64,000 nt of DNA from Octopus vulgaris (Eukaryota): assembly GCA_951406725.2 (NCBI GenBank), contig OX597818.1, positions 82,708,001 through 82,772,000 of the forward strand. Direction: 5' to 3'. A program made the position numbers and the translations under genes. The notes beneath the pieces were generated by a model that worked only from the letters and a program-made list of their open reading frames with translations, did not search any database and was not told where the DNA came from. Positions 25,690 through 39,276 of the stretch are shown piece by piece; the stretch's first letter is position 1; each line of letters opens with the position of its first letter.

Positions 25690-27745
25690 AAATACAATTC
25701 CTAATGATAAAAGTAATCTAATAGCAAACAGACAGAGGTGAAATCTCTATTAAACCACAGGAAAGGAACAGTGACACAGACATATAGATAGTTTGGAAGA
25801 AAACAATAACGCTAATGGTGACATGACACGACAGAATAAAGACAAGACTACAGGAGAACGATAGTGACATTATTTGCAACCTTCAAAAGGTCGATCGGTG
25901 GAAATTGAACCAAGAAACGAAAAGTGTGAATGAAATTCTGATATACACAATAAAAAAACACAGAAACAAACAATTTGACCAAGGCAGCAAGTATTGTTTT
26001 TGCAGAAAATGTGGATGTTGATGTCAAGAAAAAGAAATATAATGGGAGTGACAAAAGAAAAAATACATGGTGGAAAAGAATACAGTTGGGGTTAGATATC
26101 CTCTCGAAAGACATTTCTGTGATAGACCGGAAAGAGATGGGGAGATTAAAAGCAAACAAAAATACAGGGCGCTGAACAGGAAGTATGATATTGATAGAAA
26201 GGGACTAAAAGTGGTAATGGAGGGATTGAAGCAGCGCCTCATTGCAAAGAAAGCGTAGATGATAAAATACGACCAAAGAATGAAAGGATACCAGCAGAAT
26301 AAGTTATTCAGAGTAGATCAGAAGAGATTCTACAAAGAAATAAATGAAGAGTGTACAGATGAAAAGTTGATACCAGACAACATTGAAAGTCAAAGGTTTT
26401 GGAGTGACATCTAGAGCAAAGGCAAGGAGCAAAAGAAGGATAATGAATGATTGCAATAACTGAAACAAATAGTAATCTGTCCAAAACAGGTTGAACTAGT
26501 CATTTCATTTAGGGAATAATGGGCAACTGGAAGGCCCCGGGAGCAGATGGAGTTCAAGGCTACTGGATCAAAAGAGTTGGTGAACGCCATGCACGAATAA
26601 CCGCACAAATCAACACTTTGTTAAATGCAGACCAAGTAACACCAGAGTGGATGACAATGGGTAGAACAGTACTGTGCTTGAAAATCTTCGAAAAAGGCAA
26701 TGCGGTTGACAATTACAGGCCGATATCCTGCTTACCAATTATGTGGAAATTATTGACGGGAAAATTTGCATAGTCATTGTGCGGATATCCGGAAAAAAAT
26801 GGGGTGCTGCCACATGAGCAGAAGTGTTGCAGGCGTAAGTGCAGAAGTACCAAGGATCAACACCCGGCAGAAAAAACTGTACTTAGAGACTACAAAAGGA
26901 GGAAAACTAATTTAGCCATGTTATAGATCGATTATCGTAAGGCGTGCGATATGATCCAACTTTTTTGGATTATGGAATGTACGAACCTATTTGGTACTGC
27001 ATTGAGCGTTGAGTGATTGCTTGGATAAATTATGGCGAAGTGGAGGACGAAACTGACAGCATATTGAAGAAGTTTAGGGACTATAGAAATCAGGAGAGGC
27101 ATTTTCCAAGTGGACTGCCTGTACCCACTGATCTTTGTACTGTGCATGATACCACTAATACTGATTCTGCGGAATGCAAAGGCTGGGTATGTATTCAAGA
27201 ACCGCAACAAAAAGTCAAGCACTTGTTATTCACGGGTGACTTCAAACTTTATGGCAAGGATGAGTGGCAAGTCACGTTCCTCGTTGATACGGTGTACTTT
27301 CAGTGCTGATATCAGAATGGAGTTCAGACTGAAGAAGTGTTGTGTGTTAGACTTGAAGACAGGCAACACGTAATATATGGACGAGCTAGCAATACCGTCG
27401 GGGATGGTTATGAATCAGATAGAAAGGACGGGATATAATTACTTAGGGATTTTGGAAATGGATAAATTGATGGAGAAAGAAATGATAGAAAAATTTAAGA
27501 TGTAGTACCTGCACAAACTGAGACGGATCCCTAAGTCGAAATTAAACGGACGGAATAAGATTGAAGCTACTTAGATATGAAGCAGGAGCAATCGCATGGA
27601 CAGCAGACGAACAATTTAGATAGAAAGACAAGTAAGTTGCTGACTAGATGTGGGATACTCCACCGAAAAAGTGACTGCATGAGCCAAGACAATGAGGGGC
27701 AAGAGGACTGTTTGAACGTGAACACAGCATTAGAGAAGAAGAAGA
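25690..27745 (+). mobile_element. Decayed R4/Dong-like non-LTR retrotransposon, RT domain
   Basis: [100 protein letters not shown]; many stops. Confidence 0.92.
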
Positions 27746-27823
27746 CAACATACAAACACACACGCGTATGTACGTATATATGTATATATATCAATATATC
27801 CGCCACGCCTATATGTATATATA

Positions 27824-27975
27824 GGCACAGTTGTGGCTTTGTGATACAAAGCTTGCGTCCCAACCACACGGTTCTATGTTCAGCCCAACTGCATGCTTTC
27901 TTGAATAAATGTCTTCTAACATAGCTACGGGCCTTGTGAGTGGATTCGGTTGGCGAAAACTCAAAGAACAATATC

Positions 27976-28071
<96 letters not shown>

Positions 28072-28300
28072 ACACACACATACATATATGTTATATGTTT
28101 GTCGCCCTCCATCAACGCTTGACAACCGGCATTGGTTTGCTTACGCCCTCGTAACTTAGCGGTTCGGCAAAAGAAATGATAGAATAAGTATTAAGATTAA
28201 AAATAAATCTTGGGGTCGATTTGCTCGACTAAAACACTCCAAGGTTTTGCACTAGTATGGCCGCAGTCACATGACAGACAGAAATAAAAGAATAAAAGAA
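27824..28300 (+). mobile_element. SINE family A
   Basis: Head, long internal (TA)n, tail. Confidence 0.9.
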
Positions 28301-28304
28301 TATA

Positions 28305-28632
28305 TGACTGTCACTCCATCGTTTGCAATGACGAGAGTCCCAGTTGATCAGATCAACGGACACAGCCTTTCATGAAATTAATATGCAAGTCACTGAGCAA
28401 TCCATAGACACACGTAAACTTAACGTAGTTCTCAGGGGTGTTCAGCGTGACACAGAATGTGACAAGGCTGCCCCTTTGAATTACTGGTACTAATTATTTT
28501 TGCTAGCTGAGTGGACTGGAGCAACGGGAAGTAAAATGTCTCACTAAAGGACACCACGCGACTCCCGAGAATCGAATTCATGACCCTTAAATTCGTGAGC
28601 TGCATACCCCAAACCACTAAACCACGCGCCTT
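28305..28632 (-). mobile_element. tRNA-derived SINE family C (CORE-like)
   Basis: Minus strand GGCGCGTGGTTTAGTGG (A-box), AATTCGATTC (B-box), GTGTCCTTTAGTGAGACATTTTAC CORE-like segment. Confidence 0.7.
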
Positions 28633-29259
28633 CAACGCACACACGCACACACACACATACACGTGCGTATTTACAAACACAGTCACTCACGGAAACACAC
28701 GCACACGTACACACGCAAATAGAGAAACTTGCGCAAACACACACATCCACACATAAGCACAAAAGTTTTTAATACATTGGTTTTTATTTTTTAATGAAGA
28801 AGTGATTTTGTTGGTATGGCTGTTTGAACGCTACAAGCCTTACAATAATAACTATGTGGTCGCTGCTATTTCGAATACGCTGAACGTAGGTGGGTTACCT
28901 TGAAGTTTATTTAGGTTAGAGATATATTACAACTACGATAAATTACCAAAAGAAATATTTACTAAGCAATTGATATTTTTTTAATAAATTGATGTTTTCA
29001 CGAAAATTTACTTTCTGGACGTCCTTGTATTATTGTTATAGCTCACAAATTTAAATATTCGGCACAAGATAGCTTTTAACGAGCTTTTATTTATAAGATT
29101 TTTTCATTCTATGTTTATTTCATTCTTTCTTTGCAATGGTCTCTCTTCCCATTGCCTCTCATACACACACTGTCTCTCTAATATAAATACACACACGCAC
29201 ACACATTTCAGGTTTCATTTCGTTATTACACAAATATCACATTAGAAATTTACAATTCA

Positions 29260-30048
29260 ACATGAGGTGTCCAAAAAATATGCGACTGAAAAGGAACACT
29301 TAGCAGGAAAGGCACGATGGCAGACAGAATTGGGCAACTGAATCAGATAAAACTAGGGCAGAGCGATTGAAACACGTAGACGTAGAGATGATTTTCTTTC
29401 CTCTACACATATCCAACTGGCTAGGGTATCTTGAAAAGAGAATATTCTACTTCAAAATAAGACACTGATTCTGCTTTCACCGTCTGAGACTGTTCAGCTG
29501 CCTATTGATAATCAGTATCAAATGGGAAGCCTTCTAAAATTCAGTGAGATAGAAACAGAAACACCAGTGCCAACAAACAGGGTGCTGAGCGATGAAACCA
29601 AATAGTTACAGTAGGAGTACAGACGAAAAAATTTTCAAACTAGGAAGAATTCTGTTAAAGGATTTGCAACGAAAGCCAGTTTCAATAATTTTAAAGAACA
29701 GGCTGTCTTTTCTATTTTATAGCCACATAATGCAGTGAATCACTTTGACATACTGCAAAGCTTAGAGATGGGCTGCTGAATTGAAATCCGTATATTGCTT
29801 TGAGGGGAAGGTAAAATTGGACTAATTCCTTCCCGCTCCGTAGTTGGACTACCTTGATATTTGTTTAAAAAAGAGAGACTTTGACTGTGATAAAATAATG
29901 AAAGCAATATTTACCAAGTAAACGAGTACTATTATACAAAGAAATAATTAGACTTAAAATATGAAAAAATATTAGAATAGGCAATCAAATGTGAAAACAT
30001 TATCAAGGATCTAGCAGAAAATTGCCCGTAGGGCGGTCTTTCTGCTAG
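29260..30048 (+). mobile_element. Internally deleted Helitron remnant
   Basis: YCKA*RWAAELKSVYCFEGKVKL (~29750-29820) resembles the Helitron Rep N-terminal zinc finger; 3' hairpin GCCC-GTA-GGGC then CTAG|T at 30045-30049; 5' boundary uncertain. Confidence 0.7.
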
Positions 30049-30049
30049 T

Positions 30050-30208
30050 GTATATGTATGTATGTATGTATGTATGTATACATGTATGTATGTATGTATG
30101 TATGTATGTATGTATGTATGTATGTATGTATGTATGTATGTATGTATGCATGCATGTATGCATGTATGGATACATGTATGTATGTATGTATGTATGTATG
30201 TATGTATG

Positions 30209-30239
<31 letters not shown>

Positions 30240-30242
30240 CTA

Positions 30243-30302
<60 letters not shown>
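30050..30302. repeat. (TATG)n/(TATC)n/(TA)n compound microsatellite
   Basis: Direct reading. Confidence 0.95.
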
Positions 30303-30306
<4 letters not shown>

Positions 30307-31054
30307 CGATGCTTTGATCGGTTCGGTGTTCTATTAGACGATTCTTGCCCAAGTTGCCGTACAATGGGGCTGAACGTCAGATAATCTGGTTGGAAATCAA
30401 GCAGTTGTAAGCTTTATATGTACATGAGAGTTTGCGATCGTGCAGGTATAATCGTTTTATTGAATACATGCCGGTGTAAAAGTTCTATAATTTTTAAACA
30501 AGAACCTTTTATGATATTTACGTATGAGTTTCTTTCAGCTGTTTCCTAGGAACATTACAGTTTGTTTATCTATATTCATTGTTTCCCTAGCTTTCTATGT
30601 AGCAATGTTTACGATCTGTGGCTTAGGATAACATTGCCTCTCCTGTCAAATGCATAGTGAACCGATGAGAAATTGTCATACTTGTGTGGCCAATTTAATA
30701 TAATTATGAAGATTATGACATTTCACATAAAGTTTACGGCGTGACTCAAATACAAGCTGATAATAACATACACAAATACGTTATAAAAATCATTCGTAAA
30801 TCAAAACATAAATCCATTAAGAGAAACCATAAATTGAAACTAATAACCGTAGCACAAAATCACTCCACAACCAAGAGATACCAAATTTGGATACAATATT
30901 TTCGGACATGAATGAAAGTAGGTAGAAACTATAGAAAAGAAAAGTACAAACACCTTTTGAATCAACTGAGCCTGTAATTCATAAGTCTAAGCTCCACGCA
31001 CGCACGCACACATGTTACAATTATTTAGAAATAGTATTTAAAAAAATTTTTGGC

Positions 31055-31275
31055 ACAATGCCAGCAATTTTACTGGAAGAGAAGTAGTCGATACATTGAT
31101 CCCAGTACTTTACTCGTGCTTTGTTTTATCGACCTTCGCCCCTGGAAGAATGAAGAACAATGTTGACCAGGAGTGATTTGTTTTCTATTTTTGAAATCAG
31201 AATGTAATGAGTCGGCAAAGATAACACTAGACATTTTGTCCAACGCTTTAAGGTTTCTGCCATCTAGCCGCCTTT
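31055..31275 (-). mobile_element. SINE family B, degenerate
   Basis: GGCACAA tail ... TTTCTGCCATCTAGCCGCC head. Confidence 0.6.
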
Positions 31276-31871
31276 TAAACTCATAAATAATGATTTGTCC
31301 AGTAGTAGCTGCAACACTAAGCATTATAGATATATTAAAAGCGGCAAAGTTGAATCAGGACTTAACGCATCGGTGAGAAAAAAAATTTGGTAGGATCCCA
31401 GTCTCCACTTTTGGTGTTGTGATTTGATTACATATGGATATTTGTATGAAAAACATGTAATTTAATTACAAGATAATGTAATGAAAACCGAAAGCACACC
31501 ATCATTTCATTTACAGCGCAACAACCACGGCACTGATTGTCAAAACGGACACGCTGCTAGAAAACATGCCACAAGTAAACACATGGAATTTTTCATGAGA
31601 AATAAAATTCTGATTTTCCGTAAAAATAACATTTTGTGCTTAACGATAGTGAATATCAAAAATTGTTGAGAAGTCTGAAAGAGGGTGCTTAGGAGAAACG
31701 ACAACGTATTTTGTGAATTTTTGAAATTATTCTTCAAGCGATATCTCTCATTTACCAAGATTTGTTACTTATATACTTTTTTTATCATTGCAACCTGTGT
31801 TTGATTCCCTATCATTTCTAGTTCTTCGCTAAGTTCACCATACATGTTCATTTTGTTGTCTGAGGGAAAAT

Positions 31872-31929
31872 TATCACATGCTGTTGGCAATATCATCTTA
31901 TAAGATGATATTGCCAACAGCATGTGATA
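31872..31929. repeat. Perfect 58-bp palindrome
   Basis: TATCACATGCTGTTGGCAATATCATCTTA|TAAGATGATATTGCCAACAGCATGTGATA. Confidence 0.97.
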
Positions 31930-32263
31930 TTGCCACAGCATATAGTAACTAGACCAAGAGCCATTTCAACTGTTTTAGTATTAGTTAAAATCACCTTTAC
32001 CGATGCCTAAAATCATCGCTAGCCACTCTCCCTAGTTACTGTCAGATTCTAATTGTAAACATTTCGTGTATGTAAGGAGGTATCAATTTTTCTCATTTAG
32101 AATTATCCATCTTCAACACTGAACAAAGTTGCAGACCATTAATTGTACCAGGCATACGCAAAGGTATCTTCTGTATCCTTGTTTTCAACCATTGGAAACT
32201 GCATATAAGGTATCCCGTAGAAAACTCGATTAAGAAACTTTTTTCCTCATGATTCTATTTACC

Positions 32264-32496
32264 TATTTCTTTACTACCCACAAGGGGCTAAACATAGAGG
32301 GGACAAACAAGGTCAGACACACGGATTAAGTCGATTATATCGACCCCAGTGAGTAACTGGTACTTATTTAATCGACCCCGAAAGGATGAAAGGCAAAGTC
32401 GACCTCGGCGGAATTTGAACTCAGAACATAACGGCAGACGAAATACCGCTGAGCATTTCGCCCGGCGTGCTAACGTTTCTGCCAGCTCGCCGCCTT
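32264..32496 (-). mobile_element. SINE family B, young full-length copy
   Basis: TSD TTCTATTTACC (32253-63, 32497-507); head GGCGGCGAGCTGGCAGAAACGTTAG; B-box GAGTTCAAATTCC. Confidence 0.95.
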
Positions 32497-32509
32497 TTCT
32501 ATTTACCGC

Positions 32510-32990
32510 TGCAAGAATGTTGTCCAAGAAGCTGTATTTTAAAATTTGCAGAAACTGTCTCTATATTTTAAAATAATGCATATAATTTAATTTTCATTAG
32601 AAGTCCAGATCATTTGCACAGTGTGGAGATTTCACAAGCGTTGCCCAAACGAACTTAGCATCAGATTCAGAATTCTTCCAAGGCTGGGGTTACGTACCAA
32701 ATTCACTGCAACACATCCTTTCCTCAACAGGCACAGTGCTATTTAGTATTATTCCAAAATAAATCCAAGAAGAAAACTTGCCATCACCCTGAAACGAAAC
32801 TTGGACAAATTTCTTTAAGAAATACCCGATAAGCCACCTATATCTGAATAACATATCAGTCAACAAGAATCCTACTGCTTGAATGAACTTTGGCATCACG
32901 AAACCTGTCTTAAAAATGACTTAACAGATCCTATAAGGTAGTACTATTAATCTATACATAGCCTGGGCCAATCTTAGGCCGAAACATACC
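32510..32990 (+). mobile_element. CR1-group LINE ORF2 C-terminal remnant
   Basis: LFSIIPK...KRNLDKFL/IPDKPPIS resembles the LFN.LP...FK..LD.FL..IPD.P ORF2 end. Confidence 0.55.
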
Positions 32991-33289
32991 TGAGTATCTA
33001 AGTTATAACGAGCAATTGTTAATGAGTAACAAATTCTTAGGATTCCCTACATTTATATATGTCATGAGGTGAGAGCACAAATTGTTTATTAAGCCCACTG
33101 AAAAAAAAAATCATTTGCGATCCTTATTCTTTTGTGAAATGTTTACGCATTTACTTCTTTAAAAAGGCGGGGGTGCAGGACTTGACCTATTACAGAATGC
33201 TTACAATAATTGTTGTCTGTTACACCATGACACCTTAGCACAATTATTCTGTTGTTGGCATCCGTCAATCGTGAAACCAATTACTTAAC

Positions 33290-33520
33290 AGCTGCAATTG
33301 ATGTTCTTCTGGGGGAAATAACGTCGGCAGACGTTTCATTAGCATTATACACTCGCTCTACTGCTAAACTATCATTATCAACGATCTTTACAAACTCCTC
33401 AATGAATTTCTCGGCTGCTTTATTACAACCAGCAGACGCTTTATCGCAACAAATATTTAAATATTTAATGCCGTCTCTTATTGTAATTTTTTTGTAACCA
33501 GATTTGTAAACATTCACTTA
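33290..33520 (-). mobile_element. Tigger/pogo (jerky-like) transposase fragment
   Basis: RDGIKYLNICCDKASA...AAEKFIEEFVKIVDNDSLAVERVYNANETS (YNADET motif around the first catalytic D, here N). Confidence 0.85.
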
Positions 33521-33559
33521 GCTTTAATATGATATTTGTTATGATACGCTTTTAATTCT

Positions 33560-34900
33560 TGTAGAACATCAGTCTGTTAAGCGACACATGTTTACTAAGA
33601 CTTATAGGATTCTAATCCATCAACACGAGGTCACGTTATATTTTCTCCATACAATGATTTTTCTTTATTTCTCATTTGATTCTAATCAACATTCTCAACA
33701 TAGGATTTCAAAAGCATGTCCTGTTATTTTCTAAGGTCATAAGTACATTTTGTTTGAAACCTAGCTCTTCTGTTTGACGTTTCTGACATATATTAATATC
33801 GAACTTTACTTACAATTTCACGTTCTATGAGATCGATAAGCATAAAAGAGTCTTGTTTATCTTTTTATTGCTACTCAGACTATTTTGGGAATGGCCCACA
33901 ACTTGCAGTCAATAATGCATACAGAAAGGCATTGCTACCTCAGATGCAGACAATTAAAAGAGACAAACATTGGGCTAGACGTATGGCCGCGACAGATAGC
34001 ATCGCTTAGAACCTTTTCGAGGCCTTTCTTGCATTTCCAGTTTTAAGGCTACTTTTATTTGAAAATACATCAGGTTTTTAATAATCAGTGTTAGTGAAAT
34101 TTGTAATTTCGATTTTCAGAGATTGTAATAAAGGGTTTCTTTATTTTATTCATCTTTGATTCTTGAATTCGATTCCACCATGGGAATCTTATGTATTTAA
34201 GATTTTCCGGAAATTCCTTAGTTTCCTGCAGTTTTATACTTAGTCAGCATCTCTGTAAATTAAGCCTAAAATGTGTGGAATTTTAGAACATAAGTTCTTT
34301 CACATACAAAATACCCATTTAAGTGTTTGTCTTTCATACAAAGGGAGTCATCTAGGTAGATTAATATTTATTTTCTAGCGCTAAGTACGACATTGATCAC
34401 GAACCCTTTCATCGATGTGACTTCTGTTTTTCAAAATTAACACAATGAAATGAAAAGGGTTTTGGAAATAGGTAAATTATAGATCTTAATATTGAATTGG
34501 ATGGATCTACATTGTTCTTACGGTGCAAATGTTTTGAACTAATAAATCAAAGAATTAGTGTCGTTCCGGAAAGGTAAGTAGGAAAGTAGCATTAGTTCAG
34601 GAATAATATAATCGAGTATATGGTTACTAAAGCTACTAATATTGGTTTTGGTTAAGAAGAATGTACTAGAAGGTTTATGAGTAAAGTTTAGATTATCATA
34701 AAATGTAATATAGGTTTGTTTAGCGCCAAAGTTTCAGCTGTCTTCTCTGTTTAGCCAAGTAACAAATCTTTTTCTTTCCTATTGAATTCACTGAAAACGA
34801 GAGTGAGAGATTTTATATGCATTAGTTTATAGAATTTGAGAAGAATGGGTGAGAAATTGTCCAAGTATCACATGGGAGTCTTATCTGTTGCCCGAATGTA
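33560..34900 (-). mobile_element. Heavily decayed Penelope-like RT region
   Basis: HILDYIIPEL and IQFNIKIYNLPISK resemble the SK.ILD and QFDI.DFYPSI motifs; many frameshifts. Confidence 0.45.
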
Positions 34901-34924
34901 AAAATATATTCGTGCTGTCGCCAT

Positions 34925-35140
34925 TTACTTGCTTCATTCACAGAATTGTGCCCAAGCTGGGGCACTGCTTGGAAAGTTTTAGTCAAACAAGTCGACCAGA
35001 GTATTTACTTTAAAGCCTGGTACTTATTCTATTGGTCCTTTTACCGACCCACTAAGCGGTAGGGACCTAAATAAGACAACTCCGGTTGCCAAACGGTGGT
35101 GGAGGACAAGTAGAAACACAAGGATACACACATACATACA

Positions 35141-35179
<39 letters not shown>

Positions 35180-35345
35180 CCACACACACATCAACGACAG
35201 GATTCTTTCAGTTTCTGCCTACCAAATCCACTAACATGGCTATGGCCGGCTCAGGACTACAGTAGAACCCACTTACCGAAGGTTTCACGCAGTGGGACTG
35301 AACCTGAAGCCATGTGTTTGGGATGCAAGCTTCTTATCACAACTA
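34925..35345 (-). mobile_element. SINE family A
   Basis: Colinear with other A copies. Confidence 0.85.
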
Positions 35346-35476
35346 TTTCACCATTTCCAACATAGACCATCAAAGCTTTGGAAAAGGTTATTTTGAAGGA
35401 TTCGTAGGAGTTACATTGGACTTTGGTTATTGTTTCGGGTTGTGTAAATGACTTCAGTGTCTTAATATTGCCTTAA

Positions 35477-35875
35477 GGCGGTGAGCTGGCAGAATCGTTA
35501 GCACGCCGCGCGAAATACTTAGCAGTATTTCGTCTGCCGCTACGTTCTGAGTTCAAATTCCGCCGAGGTCGACATTGCCTTTCATCTTTTCGGCGTCGAT
35601 TAAATAAGTGCCAGTTATGGACTGGGGTCGATATGATCGACTTAATCCGTTTGTCTGTCCTTGATTGTCCTCTGTGTGTTTTGCCCATTGTGGGTAGTAA
35701 AGAAATAGGTATTTCTCTCGTTGCTACGTTCTGAGTTCAAATTCCACCGAGGTCGACTTTGCCTTTCGTTTCTCGGAGGTCGATAAATTAAGTACGAGTT
35801 GCGTACTGGGGTCGATTTAATCGACTGGGCCCCTCCCCAAAATTTCAGGCCTTGTACCTAGAGTAGAAAAGAATA
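35477..35875 (+). mobile_element. SINE-B head-to-tail dimer with two different tails
   Basis: Full unit to ~35712, then a 5'-truncated unit ending CCCCTCCCCAAAATTTCAGGCCTTGTACCTAGAGTAGAAAAG. Confidence 0.92.
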
Positions 35876-36397
35876 TTTTGCTAAGGTGCTCTTTTCTCTG
35901 TAGAAAATCGAAATATAAATTCTAAAAGAGAATGACCATATTTCTGGTAGGTAAATGTCGGAGTTTATTTTGGGTATTATGTAGTAAGAAGGTCTACAGA
36001 GAGCTGAACAGCAAGTATTTCGATCTTTAACTCTTGTAAGAAGGCCGGGTCACATGTAGGTCATTGACCTAGGATACAACACTGCTACCAAATTCTGTAT
36101 TATTGTCGATAATACCTAGATGGCTAAGGTGCTCCAGAGCCAAGGTATGTTGGGTGTGGTAACCGATGCAGACTAAGACACCCTTTGACTGTAGAGTAAA
36201 TTATGCCTTACTCCTCATTTACGAGATCTATTTGGAACTTTTCGCGGCTTTTCCTGTTATTGTTTTAAGAACTCTGGTTATCTTTCTTCTTATCGTAGGC
36301 AGATAACAAGTGAGTATAGTAATAACGGTTATTGTGTTTTGATTAAATACGACAATGTAACAACGTAAACAGAATATGCACGCGAACGCACGCACAC

Positions 36398-36435
<38 letters not shown>

Positions 36436-37512
36436 ACACACATCAGCATCTAAAATCGGCAGCATCATCACTAGTAATAGTAAGAATATTACACCAATTA
36501 GCGAAGCAATAGCAATAAAGAAGATATGCACATGTGAATGTATGGATGTATGTATGAGTACATATATGAGTGTGTGTATGCATGTGTATGTATATATAGT
36601 CATATAAATGTATATCTATGTATTTCTCATTTTCTCTCTCTAAATATACATTTATATATGTGTGTATGTGCGTTTACATGCGTGTATGCACGCATGCCAG
36701 TGTATGCGAGTGTGCCTGTGTGTGAGCTTGTGTTTGTGCATTTGTGCGTTTTAGTATATGTGCATGCTTGTGTGTGTGTGTGTGTGTGTTTGTGTGTGTT
36801 AATAACAAAAACTCTATCCCTGGACACCATACTAAGTTATTCTAAGCTTAATCCACAGCGAGGTGTACAAATCAGGATCGCTGAGATCATCTTTTTCCCA
36901 ATACATCTGCGGATTATAGTGGTTTATTTTATTTCGTGATTATTATATTTTTCAGTTGATCATTTTGTTGCCATTTCAGCAAATATCTAACATTCACACA
37001 GATACTACGCATGCGTAGGTGGGCATACGCGAGGCTGTGTGGTAAAAGGTTTGCTTCCCAATCACAACGCTTCGTGTTTAAGCCCACTGCATTGAACTTT
37101 AGCTGGTGCGTGGAAGTCTTCCCGGTATATATATATATATATATATATACGTATGTATGTATGAATGTATGTATGTATCTGTGTAACATTTCTGTTTTTT
37201 GCTTTCGTCCTTGTTTCGTATATATTCGCTGCTTTCTTCCAAGGAATGTAATGCTCTTAGCCTACTTTTCCTTGGGGCTGGCCAGATTGGAGCAATCTCG
37301 AGTATAACCGGCCGAAATTGCAAAGACAATTTGGAACTCGACTGAGGATAGAAAACACCGAATGATCCGTCCTTGCCTTCCTTGTATCGCCTGTCTGGAT
37401 ATTTTGTTTTCTCTTTTTTTTGTTTCATCTAAATGTCTGGATGTTTTCCCTTCTTTCCCCACTTTTGTATTTTTGATATATAAAATATCGCGGCGTACGT
37501 ACACTTTGGCCT

Positions 37513-37569
<57 letters not shown>

Positions 37570-37917
37570 AAATTACCCAGAAACAATTGGTCTACATGTA
37601 TCACTGCGGCTAGAAAGGGGGCAATAGACTCTCTTGCTCCCAGTATACGGATGCAGATCATGTGTCGGTAGCCAGATGGAAAAGATATTTTCCTGGGGCT
37701 AAAATGTAACATCGTTCTACGTAGGACTGTGACATTGCGATGGCAAATAGACTTTAATGTACAGTACTGTTACTACATATTTCTCGGTCGGAGATTTAAA
37801 ACTAGTCGTTTTTCTCTCTGCCCTCTCTCTACCCCCTCTCTCTCTCAGTATATATATATATATATAAAACAAAGGTATTTTATTCCACACGGTATAGAAA
37901 TTTAGAAAAAAAAAAAC

Positions 37918-38463
37918 AGAAGTTGAAAATTCACTGAGAATAGTTAAAATATTTTTTTATTAATTATATTTAAAGCTTCAACTGGTTTCACAGTTAACAA
38001 TGATATTCAAAAATTTCAAATACAGAGATGTGTCTTATGTCGCAGATGTCTTGCTTCTGATCAGTGTTTGAAGGGAATTCATGGCTCAAATTAGTATATG
38101 TTTTGAATTGAATTTGATTGGTAGAGGATTATTAGATGACTGGCCTTAGAAATATTTTGTAGGTTCTCCTACTACGCCAAACATTGTCACTTGATACTCA
38201 CACATGGACGTAGCGGGGAACCGATAAAACTTTCTAAGACAAGTCATGTGACTATTCTCTACCAATCAAATCCTATTCAAAACATATTAATTTGAGCTAC
38301 GACCACCTTATAGAAGTAGGGCAAGCTTCAAAATCTAGTGAGAAACAAGACAGCTGCGCTATAAGCTACGTGTTTCTATTTGAATCTTTGAAAATCAATG
38401 TAAACTGTAGAACCGGTTAAAGCTTCAAATATATTAACTATTCTCAGTGCATTTCCAACTTCT
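37918..38463. repeat. Foldback element, imperfect ~250-bp arms
   Basis: AGAAGTTGAAAATTCACTGAGAATAGTTAA vs TTAACTATTCTCAGTGCATTTCCAACTTCT; ATTTGATTGGTAGAG vs CTCTACCAATCAAAT; loop near 38180-38205. Confidence 0.85.
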
Positions 38464-38464
38464 A

Positions 38465-38497
<33 letters not shown>

Positions 38498-38539
38498 TGT
38501 ATGTATGTATGTATGTATGTATGTATATATATATATATG

Positions 38540-38588
<49 letters not shown>

Positions 38589-39276
38589 TCATATATTATT
38601 TCATTCTTCATTCTTTCAGCTGTTGCAGTCGCTTGACCGCGGCCCTGCTGGAATACTGTCTGTAGTCGAACAAATAAGTCCTGGGAAATAAAAGACGTGG
38701 GTAAACCTTACGGGAAAATGATGCAGTTTATGCATAGAAGAAATATTCCATATTTTCACATCTAAAAGCCAGTTGCTTAATAGTCAGCAGGAACAGGATC
38801 TAAGATGTCCGCATCATTACAGAAGACATTCAAATACTTTCATAGAAAGAATTTGTAACTAAGTAAATACCACGTAGACAAGAGGTTATAGACGTCTTTT
38901 AAATAGAAGGTAGCAGGCGTCTTTTATTATTTCTAGGTGAGTTGAAGGCAGCGAGGTGGCAGAATTCTTAGCATCATTTGTTCTGGCTTTACGCTCCGAG
39001 TTCATATTCCACCGAAGTCGAAGTTACTTCCATTCTTTCGGGGTCGTTAAACTTACCCCTCCGCGTATATCCTCAGGCTCTGTGCCAAGGTTTGAAGGTG
39101 AGTTGGCAGAATCGTTACTGCGTTGGTAATGGCGGTGGCGGTTTTAGTGGTGTCAGTGGTGCTGCCAACAGTAATGCCGCCACGGTGTCAGTGAAAATAA
39201 TGGTGACACTATTATTACTTCTAAGATTCCAATTTAAAAATTCTAAGATTTCAATTTTAAAATAGAAATATCAATA

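Noticed and set aside
37255-37355. Hammerhead-like words (GGCC...GGCCGAAA; CTGAGGA...GAAT)
   Set aside because: Cores and stems do not assemble into a valid fold
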